Part shown: one piece after another, positions 1-10,500 of the stretch
How positions within the stretch are numbered: position 1 is the stretch's first letter
Layout: the number at the start of each line of letters is the position of its first letter
DNA from: Amoebophrya sp. A120
Lineage: Eukaryota > Protista > Dinoflagellata
DNA: 64,000 nt
Assembly (NCBI GenBank): GCA_905178155.1
Contig: CAJINV010000007.1
Span: 4,490,258-4,554,257, forward strand
Reading direction: 5' to 3'
Program-made: the position numbers and the translations under genes
The notes under the pieces: model-generated
Told to the model about the DNA's origin: nothing
What the model saw: only the letters and a program-made list of their open reading frames with translations
Databases searched by the model: none

Positions 1-1841
1 TGTCGTCGCCCCAGGGCGGTGCGCCCCCACCTCCCAACTGCCAATCGTCGTTGAGCGAAGTAGTCATCATACTGCCAGGATTTATTTCTCCCCCACCCGC
101 AACGGCTACCCCTGCCGCGTGCGTCCTCGCTCGTGTGCCCTCCGTCATACTCGTGGGCGTCAGGTTCAAGTTTAGCGAGCTCGTTGTCCCGCTGGGCGGG
201 GGTGGGAGCGGCGGAACGAAGCTACTCGTCAGATCTTCCACGACAAGTGGGGGTGTGCTGTCGTGCTCTTCGAGTACCGCATCTCCCTGCTGCAACATCG
301 ACCGGGACCTAGAGGTTGGAGTTAAGGACGCCGCGTTTCCTCGTAGTGTTTCGACTGACGGCGGCTGTACTCCACTAGCCGACGATGGTGCCAGTGAATC
401 GTTTACCGACGAAGTACCACCGCCCGGCTGTATCCCAGCATTTCTTGCGGCGGACAGAACCGGTGGGCCACCGGAGCTGGAAGTTCCATACGTGACCCTT
501 GACGGCGACCTGGGCCGCAAGCTCCGCGTGGCGCCCCCGTAGCCTTCCGTGGACGTGGCTGTTGCAAAAAGGCCGCCGTCGTCGAGCGGTAAGTCGCCCC
601 CACCAAAGTCGTCCTCGTCGTCGGCGAACTTGAACATTTCGCGTCTGGTGCCCGACGATGAAGATGTTCCGACCATCATGCCACTCTTGCTGCCACCACC
701 CATGCCCATCGCGGACGTGGACGCAAGCTCGACGACCCTCTCCGCAAACGAGTTACTCCCGGAATAACCGCTCTTGGCGGCCTGCTGGCTGGAGTGGTAC
801 AGGCGGGCCGCGACGTAGATCACCAGGAGTAGCACGATAAACACGGCGATCTGCCGGGTCCTGCTGGCAACCTGTTGCGCCTGTAGGTCTCCGTCCGGTG
901 GCGATCCGTCTTGGTTTCGTAACAATACGTCGTCTCCGCCGGTCGTTTGTGTTCCACCCCGCCCATAGTTTTCGGCTGCGTTCGGGCCTCCGACTCCGAA
1001 CTTGCCCAGACCGCCGCGAAGCGAGGTTTGCGGCTGGTTGTTGTTCTGGTTCCCCGTGGCGCTGGCCGTCACAATGCTCGTGCTGGTGGTCGCACCGTCT
1101 CCTGTTCCGAAGTTGCTCAGCTTCTGCTGCCAGTAGACCTCCTGGTCGTCCAACCACACATGGAAGTCCTGCGTGCGCTCGCTCGGGACCCGCCGCCACG
1201 TGACGAAGTGGAACTGCCCAAACGGGTTTTCGATCAGGTGCGGTTTATGGAACTGTCAGGATCGAAATCAAGAACAAAATCGAAATACTTTGTGATGCAT
1301 ATAATCGATACCAGTTGGGGCCGCAGTTTCCAAGTGGCGCATGACAAATTTGGGGAGCGCCAAAATCCAGTCTGTCATGCTGTTTGGGCAAAGAAGACGG
1401 CTCCTCTCATGCTACTCTGGCAGCACATTCCATACCCCTAAACAGGCTAGCAATCGGCCTCATTTGCCTGCTCCCCAACACAGGCCTTACGTGCGCGTGC
1501 CCTACATTTTATGCATTACAAATTTTTTGAATTTGATTTTGTCGATTTCGATCCTGACACTCTCATACGGCTTCGGGTGCGCGTACTTCGGCTTCCCGAC
1601 CGAGACGACGGTGTACTCCGTCTGCACGGCGTTCGTGCGAACAACTTTCGACAGCGGAAACGCGATAGAGGTGGACGTCGCCGTTCCGCCCGCGGTTGCG
1701 GGGAGCAGGGAAGAGGTCGCGGGCGTCGCGGTGAGGAGCTTCAGTTGAAAGGCGAACAGGCCGCACTCGTCCGGAAAGTTGGGCTCTTTATCCTGTTCAA
1801 AAGTTGCATCGCGCTCTTCGTAATAGTTGTAATTGCAGCCA
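1..1841 (-). CDS. 3' exons (approx. 1841-1559 and 1252-<1) of a large unknown protein, probably the continuation of the gene at 7568-15555; runs off the left edge
   Basis: Minus frame GCNYNYYEERD...KPYES joins FHKPHLIENPFGQFHFVTW... through a GT-AG intron at 1253-1558. The frame continues into a Gly/Ser/Thr-rich tail. The + strand ORFs here look like antisense shadows. Confidence 0.6.
1254..1559. mobile_element. TIR-bounded introner-like intron (306 bp)
   Basis: Ends tgtcaggatcgaaatc / gatttcgatcctgaca form a perfect 16-bp inverted repeat, imperfect to ~50 bp. A minus-strand GT..AG intron at 1253-1558 restores the frame. Carries the GCAT[GCT]ACAA motif at 1339 and 1513. Confidence 0.75.
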
Positions 1842-1924
1842 CTCATTTCCATTTTTTACCCTGTTCCTTCTGTGACTGTGGCATCAAATTTCTGCTCATC
1901 TAAAAGTAAAATAACGTGGCTATA

Positions 1925-2300
1925 TGTTGACGAAGATCATTATGCAGCTGCCTGCGCAGCCAAATGCTCAAGAATCTCACCGACCTAAATCGATCCCAAC
2001 ACCCAAGGCCTTAGCTGATCGGAATCCTTAGGATCTAAATCCCTACCCTTAGCGCTAGCATGATGATGATCGGAATCCCTAGGATCCGCCTGATGATGAT
2101 GACCGACCTGATCCCCGTCATGGAAATGCTTAGGCCAGCCCTACAGCTGGCGGGATCCCGAACCTTTGAGACTTTTCCCATTGCCCTCAGGTCGTTGGCA
2201 GCCTGTGGACGCAAGTCATACAGCTGACCCCTTTAGGATTTGAACAACTTCAGCCCCTTCGGCTTGTTTTGAACTGTTTGGCCTTGTGTTCTCGCTAACA
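1925..2300 (+). repeat. 5' LTR
   Basis: 376 bp. Matches 7118-7493 except one C/T difference seen (1967 vs 7160). Contains gatcggaatccYtaggatc twice. Confidence 0.92.
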
Positions 2301-2319
2301 CTGCCAACCCCTTGACAAG

Positions 2320-2949
2320 ATGCCCAAAATGTCCCGCCGTGCGTTGCGCAAGGCTTTGCGCAAAATCGAAGGGAAAGCCAGCCGCATCGAACGCGCTGGG
2401 GCTCGTCTTCGCTCGTTGGTATCCGAAACCCTGCAAGGGGCCACGGGATCCGACAGCGAGGAGACGAGTACGGAAACGGCCGGGAACGACACGCCGCCGA
2501 ACTTTCCCCCGACGGAAACCCCCGGCCCCACCCCGTACCACTTGAACACCCCGGAGGAGTACGGGAACACCCCGCCCCTGTACCTGTCTAGCCTCACCCC
2601 TTTGGAAGCTCCGACCCCCACCATTTACGGGCCACCGACTTCCCCGAGCTCTTTCGCCCTTACGCCGGTAATGCCGGGCGTTAACGCGGCCCCCTGGTCT
2701 AGTTCTACCCCTCCCGGGCTTGTCGCCGAGGACATGGACACCGAGACCAAGGCCGCCGAGGTCGAGCCCGAGGCCAAAGACAAGGACACGGAGGACAAGG
2801 GTAACGAGGTCGAGACCATGGCCGAGGACATGGACAACGACAACAACGAGAACGAGAAAGACACGGACAAGAAGACCGAGACCGAGACGGACACGAAGGA
2901 GAACGAGAACAAGGAGGACAAGAAGACCGAGAACGCCGGAGCTGCCTAA
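2320..2949 (+). CDS. Intact 209-aa ORF just inside the 5' LTR (basic N-terminus, Pro/Thr-rich middle, Asp/Glu/Lys/Thr-rich tail); gag N-terminal remnant or cargo
   Basis: ATG-initiated ORF with GC-rich third positions, lying in the gag position. No recognisable domain. Confidence 0.4.
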   Translation: MPKMSRRALRKALRKIEGKASRIERAGARLRSLVSETLQGATGSDSEETSTETAGNDTPPNFPPTETPGPTPYHLNTPEEYGNTPPLYLSSLTPLEAPTPTIYGPPTSPSSFALTPVMPGVNAAPWSSSTPPGLVAEDMDTETKAAEVEPEAKDKDTEDKGNEVETMAEDMDNDNNENEKDTDKKTETETDTKENENKEDKKTENAGAA

Positions 2950-5900
2950 GGAGCTCGATGAATTCGGTCAAGAGGAGGAAGAGAGAGAGAGAGGAGAAAG
3001 AGAAAGAAAAAGAAAAACAAAACAAAAAGACGATGTAAATCGTACATGTTGAATCTTTCGAAGAAATTCTTCAACCCTTTGCAACCTTTTAAGAACGTTT
3101 TTGCCGTGCGAAATCGTTGAAAAACGAACAAAAAAAAGAAGAAGGAGCGGAAAGATGACCGCAAGCAGTGAGAATGCTTGGCGGTGTGTTTGGTGTCTTC
3201 AGACATGACGACACGCAAGGAAGTCGGTCGCAGATGCACATGACAGACGCATCTACCCCATTGCGCTGAGCTGGTCACGCAAGTGACCTGGCGAAGCGAA
3301 CTAGGAAAGGCGTCTGAATGCATCTTGTGATAGACATGAAGAGCAATTCTGTATGAAGATCGTTCTGTATGCAGTTCGGTAGAGTTCGTTAGCGCTAGAG
3401 CAGAGACCGAGTAGAGATAGAGTAGAGTTGGCTTTGATTCGGACCAGTATTAGAGTTCTTGAAGTCTGTTTGTGAATGTCGGTTGTGCGTATGTACTTGC
3501 CAGGACGAGAAACCGCGAGTCTTCGGATTCTGGTCGGTGTTTCTTGATTTCTCTTGCGCCTGTTTCAGGTCATGAAGAGAATCCTCTGTGATGATCTTCG
3601 TCAATGATCGGAGAATCGTCGCAACTCCATCGGAAAGAGGATGCCCATTCAGCTCCTGCCCGTGGAGAAAGCTGAAAGCACATAGTCCATGACGAAAGTC
3701 GCGCGAAGCGAGAAAGGAAGAGGAGGGGAGGCAGCCGCGTGAGCGCCTCCTGATGCTGTAAGGTCACGCCCCTGCCCTGTGCAGGTGGAGACCCCCTTCT
3801 ATCCCTGTGTTAGCCTTAGCGGTAGCTCTGGTTGCCTGGATAGCGTTGAAAGCCCATTGCGTGGCCGTAGGCTTATCCTTCAGCCGGAGCTTCGTGAAGG
3901 TGAGCACGACTAGGGACTGCGTCTTGTATGCTAGAAGAGAGTCTATCTATGGAATTTATCTTGCCCTTCGAGACGGCGCGTCGCAGCCGGTTCCGCCCGC
4001 GCTTGGACGACTAGACTTGGATGGTCGGCTCATCGCCTGGAGGTTCATGGGGCGGAGCACGTTGAGAAGAAGGCAGAAGACTGAGTCTATGAAGTTGAAA
4101 GAGAAGGACGGCCCCAGCCAAGACCGCGCTAGTGCTCTCCGAAGGCCTTCAGCCTGAGGAGGGGAACGAGCGACAGCGCCCTGGCGTTGTTAGGTCGGGT
4201 TTTGGGACAGCCAGTCCGGTTCACGCTGTGAAATTCAGCCCGCTAGATGATCGCCGTGAAGACTCTTCCGTGGTTGGCACCCTCGGAGCGGTCGCATCAC
4301 GCGCGTGATTCGCCTGGGAGGATGGTGTCTGAATGAAACGCGTGAGCAAAGGTAGTCCATGTAGTCAAGCAAAGACCCTTCAATGAGGTGAAGGAGTCGC
4401 ACAGAGATCCAGCGAAGGCTCGAGAGGTGTTCTCTCAGTGACAGGAGCCCTGGATAGCCATCTCAGTTAGGCACAAGCTGGAGCACGAGGTCGGAAGGCC
4501 CCGAGGCAGCTTGTGACGGGATTACAATCTGGAAGATAGAACGCGTTAGACCGCGAGGTCTAGTTCTATCAATATGAGGACGACTATAAGCGCCCTGCTT
4601 CAGTCGCCCTGAGGAGGTGAGCCTGTCCACATGCTTACCTTCCACCAGTTCGCATAGGTGAACACAAGAAGAGCTGTCCAGACTGTATACCTGTGGTTCC
4701 TGATTCGTGGCGGCATCGCGCTGAATAGCGCGACTCCACTCGTTTCTGGAACTCCGATGCTGTAAACACGCGAAGACACACTTGACGCGGTGCGTTTCTT
4801 CGACGAAAGACTTGACTCGGACGAAGTCGGGCGAGCGTGTGCGAGTGGTTAGGGATCTTGATTCCAGACCGCGAGACACGCTCAGCATCTATATGGAGAC
4901 TTATCCATGTGAGTGATCCCTGCATCGAATCACAGGCAGTCGACCCACTCAGGGAGGGCGTGCTTGCGGAGGTTCGAGCGTTTCACCACTGGCAGAGCGT
5001 TGAGTCTACCTGATGCAACATGCCTCCGGCTCTGGCTGAGAAACATGCAGCCCGATCCTGGTGCACTTATATTCAAACTCACTCTGAGGCAGGAACTCCT
5101 TTCCTAGCACCCTCAAACTCAGGCCTAGCAAAAGCGCTGAGTTGCTAGGTGAGTCCAAAACTCCAGGCATGACTTTGATCAGCTCAGGGACCCCATGTCT
5201 AGACCTCGCTACCAGCCTGGTCAGGGAGTCCGATTGGCCTTGGTTGTCATTCGCTGTTGGCTTGATGCCTTCGCGAAGCCTTGTGTCATATGGAAGTCAG
5301 GAGTGACTCGGTGAGACAGGTGCATAGCCCCACTAGTCTTGATAGGCCAGCCGGGCGCTATCCGGACACAGCAGAACCCTAGTAGAGCCCTTGTAGGTAG
5401 GCACAGCGCGCCGCTTCGGTGGTTTGCCTTGCGCAGTGTCCTAGCCCGGGTCTACAGTAGTGGAGCAGCCAGGAAACAGTACGCATGGCGAAGACTACTC
5501 AGCTGCGAGTCTATTTCCTAGATAGCACACGAAGCAAAATTCTGAATGAGGTGAAACTGCCGCGAAGGCTGGCGAATGTGAAAGATGTGAAACGCGTGAA
5601 GCGTAGTGAATTCGATGCCGAGCAGGCCGAATGAGATGAAGGAAGAAGAGGCGCGAGGCCCCTTTGCTCTCTTCTAGTTTGATGATGTGAGAGCTAGGCA
5701 GACTTCTTCCCTGGCGTCAAGTCACCGCCGGCGGATTGAGGTTCCTAACAAGTGGACGAAGCGCACGACACAAATGACATTACCTGACTCCGCCAGGTCT
5801 ATTTTCCTGGAGGCAACCACACCCACGATGGACGCCCAGCGTTCCTACGTGCGAATGGTGCTGGTAGTCAGACGGACTGGCGTGCTTCATCTCCCAGAAG

Positions 5901-7117
5901 CAAGATGCCAATATCACGGACATGCAGCAAGTCTGCTTGATATATCGAGGCCTCTAGTCTGGATTCCCTTGCTTAGCTCAGTAGCTCTAGATAGATAGTC
6001 TATGTGGTTCCCAGTAGTATTGAGATTTTGTCGTAGATAGCTGACGCAGACAGCTACGACAGTAAGACTCATGACCACGCCACTGAGACTTGCCAGTCTC
6101 ATGCGCAGTCTAGTGAGCATGTCTAGTTGCTGACGTTCTGGCTTCTAGATCGAAGACGTCAGGCCCTCGGGTGAGCTTCGAGGCGTGTCGCCTCTCAAGC
6201 CGGGAGCGTCCTAGGGTCAGGCAGTCCCCGGACTGTTTTAGGATGTTCTTGACTTGAGGAGGGGAGCCCCGTTGTGAACCTGCAGGGAGGCTACGTTTCT
6301 GACACAGTAGAAGGAAGTAGAGACTTTTAGTAGATTGCGCTACGTAGAGCCTATTCTTTGTTTGGTGTGTAGCTGACCAGTGAGCAGCACAGTCGCCCAC
6401 ACAGTCGCCGTTCCTCAGCTGAGGAGGGGACAGGTGTTGGCGCGTGCCGCCCTGGGTAGTAAGGTCCTTCTCCTTCTGAAGTATCTTTACTGATGTTTTG
6501 ACTGACATGGTCGCAGACCTAGACGTAGAGGGTCGCTACGCAATTCTTGCGCCGCTACTCGCTATGCGGTGACGTTGTCGATTGGGTGCTGTATAGAAAT
6601 CCACTGCGATCTTCTGTCCAGTTGCTTCCATCTCCAACGGCCCACAACATAGGGAGACCCTTGTCTACGTTGAGGACAGACATGGGAGTGGAACAGTCCT
6701 GAATTGCGTTGCTGGCATGTAGTTTGAGTTTCTCTCTTGCTTTGTTCCCCTTGAGCGAAGAGATGTGAGGAAAGGCAAGCGAAGTGACCGCTTTCGCGTT
6801 GCTTTGCTGAGTCTGTCTGCCTGGCTTTGCCAAGCGTTGACAGCTGCAACTCACATGGAGACAGATTCCCCGGTAAGCAGTTGCTGCGCTCACGCCACGG
6901 CATAGCTGGTCTCCCAGTGCAGCCCAGTGAGGAGTAGCGCTGCTATGGATGAATGTCCTGCGCAGGAGCCGTGATGGCCGGTTTACAGAGGCACTGCTAT
7001 GATTTCTAGACTTCTGGCTTCGAGTTTCTAAGTTAGACTTTTGACTTTATGTTTTGCGCTAGTTTTAGACTTTTACTTAGGATTTCCGATGGGTAGTCGA
7101 GACGATTCTAGGAGGGG

Positions 7118-7493
7118 TGTTGACGAAGATCATTATGCAGCTGCCTGCGCAGCCAAATGTTCAAGAATCTCACCGACCTAAATCGATCCCAACACCCAAG
7201 GCCTTAGCTGATCGGAATCCTTAGGATCTAAATCCCTACCCTTAGCGCTAGCATGATGATGATCGGAATCCCTAGGATCCGCCTGATGATGATGACCGAC
7301 CTGATCCCCGTCATGGAAATGCTTAGGCCAGCCCTACAGCTGGCGGGATCCCGAACCTTTGAGACTTTTCCCATTGCCCTCAGGTCGTTGGCAGCCTGTG
7401 GACGCAAGTCATACAGCTGACCCCTTTAGGATTTGAACAACTTCAGCCCCTTCGGCTTGTTTTGAACTGTTTGGCCTTGTGTTCTCGCTAACA
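7118..7493 (+). repeat. 3' LTR
   Basis: Copy of 1925-2300, preceded by a polypurine tract. Confidence 0.92.
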
Positions 7494-7567
7494 TTATAAT
7501 TTGTGTTGTAATCTTCACAACTTGTTCTTTAGCGCGATGCTTTACAATTTTCCATGCTTATTCCCAC

Positions 7568-10500
7568 CAAAAGTGGAACTCGTGGTCTAAAAGCTCTTCC
7601 AACTCCACGACCAACACGCGGGCCATGTCCAGTCCAGGAAAGGAGTCGTCCGCTTCTTGTTGCGCCCACCGCGCGACTGATTCCTTCCCCGCGGAGAACG
7701 CGGGAGAGCCGGACAGGTAGGAAAACGCCACTCGGATCTGCACGTAGGGCGTCTGCTGCTTCTCGTTCATGAACGCCTGGCCCCGCAGGGTGGCGACCAG
7801 GTCCGCGGGGAAGTTGATCTTCAACCTGCGCACGGAGAACGAGCCGGGCAGGGTGATGAGTTTGTTCTCAACCTCGTTCCAGTTCACTACACTGCTATCG
7901 GCTCGGTACCTTTCCCGCTCCTCGCGCTGCATGAGCACGGGGGCCACAGTGTACCCATCCGCATCGTACAACGCCGTCTGCAGCACTTGCTGCGGAAACA
8001 CAACTGCGCCAGACACGACGGGAAGATTTGCTGCTCGCGAATCTTGGCCCGCGGTAGAAGTCTTTTGTATGTTCAGCAGCCACGCAGTTCTGGATCCCGG
8101 GCGGCCGTCTGCGCACGCCGGCTCCTGGTCCACCGATTTCGGCTGCAGCTGCGTCGGGGGCACAACCGAGCCCCCGCCCGCCGTGGCGCTCAGCGCCAGG
8201 AAAAAGTGGAACCGCTGGCAGGCGGACACACCGCGGACCCGGTGCTCCCGATGAAACACCAGCCACAGCTTCTGTTTCGGCTGCAGGTTGCTGTAGACTT
8301 TGCTGTCCTTGGAGCTCCACAGCGGCACGACGGGGAGGCCGTTGGACTCGAGCCGGAACCCCACTTGCTGTCCGCCGCAAGACGACCCGGCCGGGAAGTC
8401 GCCGCCGAACTTCAGCTGGTAGGTGTACGGCGGATTCGATGAGGAACCGGCTGTGTTTGACGATGAGAAAATGCCCCCGAGGCCGGAAGTAGAACTTCCG
8501 CCATTGTAGGTGAAGAACTGTCCGGCTTGCAGGTCGTCGGGCAGCTCCAAAAACACCTTCTTTCGCCCGTCGTGCACGTCGGTTAGCAGCACCTCCGCGT
8601 GGTACAGCTGCGGCGCCGGGAAGTGGGCCGCGCGCACCGGCCCGTGAAACACCTCGGACCCGCCGTGGGCGGAGAAGAAATCCATCGGTAGAAGCGTCGT
8701 GCCACCCGAAAATTGGCACTTCGACCGGGGCCGCAGGTCCCGGGCGGCCGACACGTCGACGACCGGAAACTTTTGCAGTTGCTCGTTCTGCTGGCGCTGC
8801 TGGGAAAACAGGTTCGCGTCGTCTTCCAACCGGTCGTACCGCAGCTCGTCCCCGAGAGGGACGGTTTGAATCAGAAAGTGCCCGAGAAACGCGTCCTCGA
8901 CCGTCGTACCGAAACTGTTGGACTCGTGCGGCATCTCGGTCAGCGCGACCCGGATCGTGTAGATCGCGGGGCCGGGCAGCTCCAGGGACAGACCCATGAA
9001 CGACCCCCGCTGCTCCGCCATCCACACGTATCCTGAGTAAAAACGTACCCACACCAGAGTCAGGATGGGGATTTTGCAACACAAACCTAGGAGCTTTGTG
9101 AGTCACGCATGACAAGTTTTACTCTGCAGCGTAGTGCAGGTTAGCAAGTGCAGCCGCGTCACAGATTGATCTGCTCATCCTGTTCACAGCATCACAAATT
9201 TCAAAACACGATTGGGAATAGCTCTCATGGGGATGCGCACTACAAGTTTTCCTGCCTTTGCAAATCTGCATCACAACTCTGGTGTGGGTACGTTTTTACT
9301 CAGGATAACACGCCCTCGATGGTGACGAGTCCCACCTTCACGCTGGCCTGGGCCATATCGCAAGAAAAAAGTGTTACAGTTACACATTGTGTTGCAAGAC
9401 CGGCAACACAGACAACCTTTCTCATGCAGGAGATGCTTGGGAACCTCGTTTCCTTCCTGTTTTCCCTTATGATCTTCGCATTACAAGTTTTCTCTGCCAC
9501 ACAGAGAAAATTTGTGTTGCTGAATTGCAAACAAATGTGTAACTGTAACACTTTTTTCGTGTGATACGCCAGGTCCGAGGCCCAGTATGTCAGCTTGATC
9601 GCGGACGGCCCCGGCACCTGCACGTCGAAGGCGCGGACGGTGGTGGTGCCGAGAACCGGGTCATTGTTGACCGCGGCGTCCGGCTGCTTCACGAAGGTCT
9701 TGGTCAGACAGATCGGCAGATTGGCCGCGATGGTTTGCTTCTGGTTCGGGTTGAACGCCAGGTCCCGCACCTGTCGGGCCACCTCTGGCTGCCACAGGTC
9801 GCGCAGAAACACCGACGGTTCCTCCGCGGAATTCGCCGCGGATTGGGTGCAGCCCAGCAAATTCCGGCTGCTCGGAAGACCGCCACTCAGCGGGCCGGCC
9901 GCGGCCTTGATGGTCTGCTGCAGGGGCGCGACGCCGGTCCCGGCGACGGATTCCAGTTCGTTGGCCATGGCCAGCGTGAGCAGAAACGGCTGCTCGCCGC
10001 AGTCGTTGGCGCCCGGGGAGCAGTTGTACAGAAATTTCAGCATGACCTCGTTCGCGGAAGTATCCAGCAGCAGGAACCCGGACGGGGAGAGGGATTTGGT
10101 TTCCTGGGTCACTGGATCCTCGAGCATCAGTTTCCCGTATTTCAAGTTCAGCGGCTCGGACTGCATGCGCAGCGCGACCTTCCTGCCCGCGGATTTGCGG
10201 ATCGTCAGGGACGAACCGGAGTGTTTCACGCGAAGGGGAACGGAGAGCACCTGTTTCAGGAAATTTTGCTTTGATTTTACCATGTTGGTCAACCTGAGCA
10301 TAACTGTGCTCTACAAAATTTCTGAAGATGAAGAAACGGCATTACGGCCTCGTAACGCCTTGATTGAGGTGCCGACGAATTTGTGTACTTATTTTGTTTT
10401 CGGGATACGAATAAATCACAGTCATCGACGTTATGTTCCAGTATACCATTTCCGTAAACTCCGAATGCAGGTGCACCGGGTAGTGATTCAGCTTCTCCAC

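Larger units (their letters stand above)
1925..7493 (+). mobile_element. LTR retrotransposon (Ty1/copia-like) with degenerate interior, non-autonomous
   Basis: Two 376-bp direct repeats (1925-2300, 7118-7493) with TGTT...AACA ends. Purine tract aggagggg at 7110-7117. Flanks ctata/ttata (5-bp TSD, one mismatch). Frameshifted remnants resemble YVDD (~6121-6140), RPDxxYA (~6515-6545) and ADxFTKAL (~6975-6996). Confidence 0.85.

Noticed and set aside
3300-7000. TAG-rich interior suggesting an alternative genetic code or stop readthrough
   Set aside because: Motif remnants need frameshifts as well as stop suppression, and host genes use standard stops. Decay is the simpler explanation.
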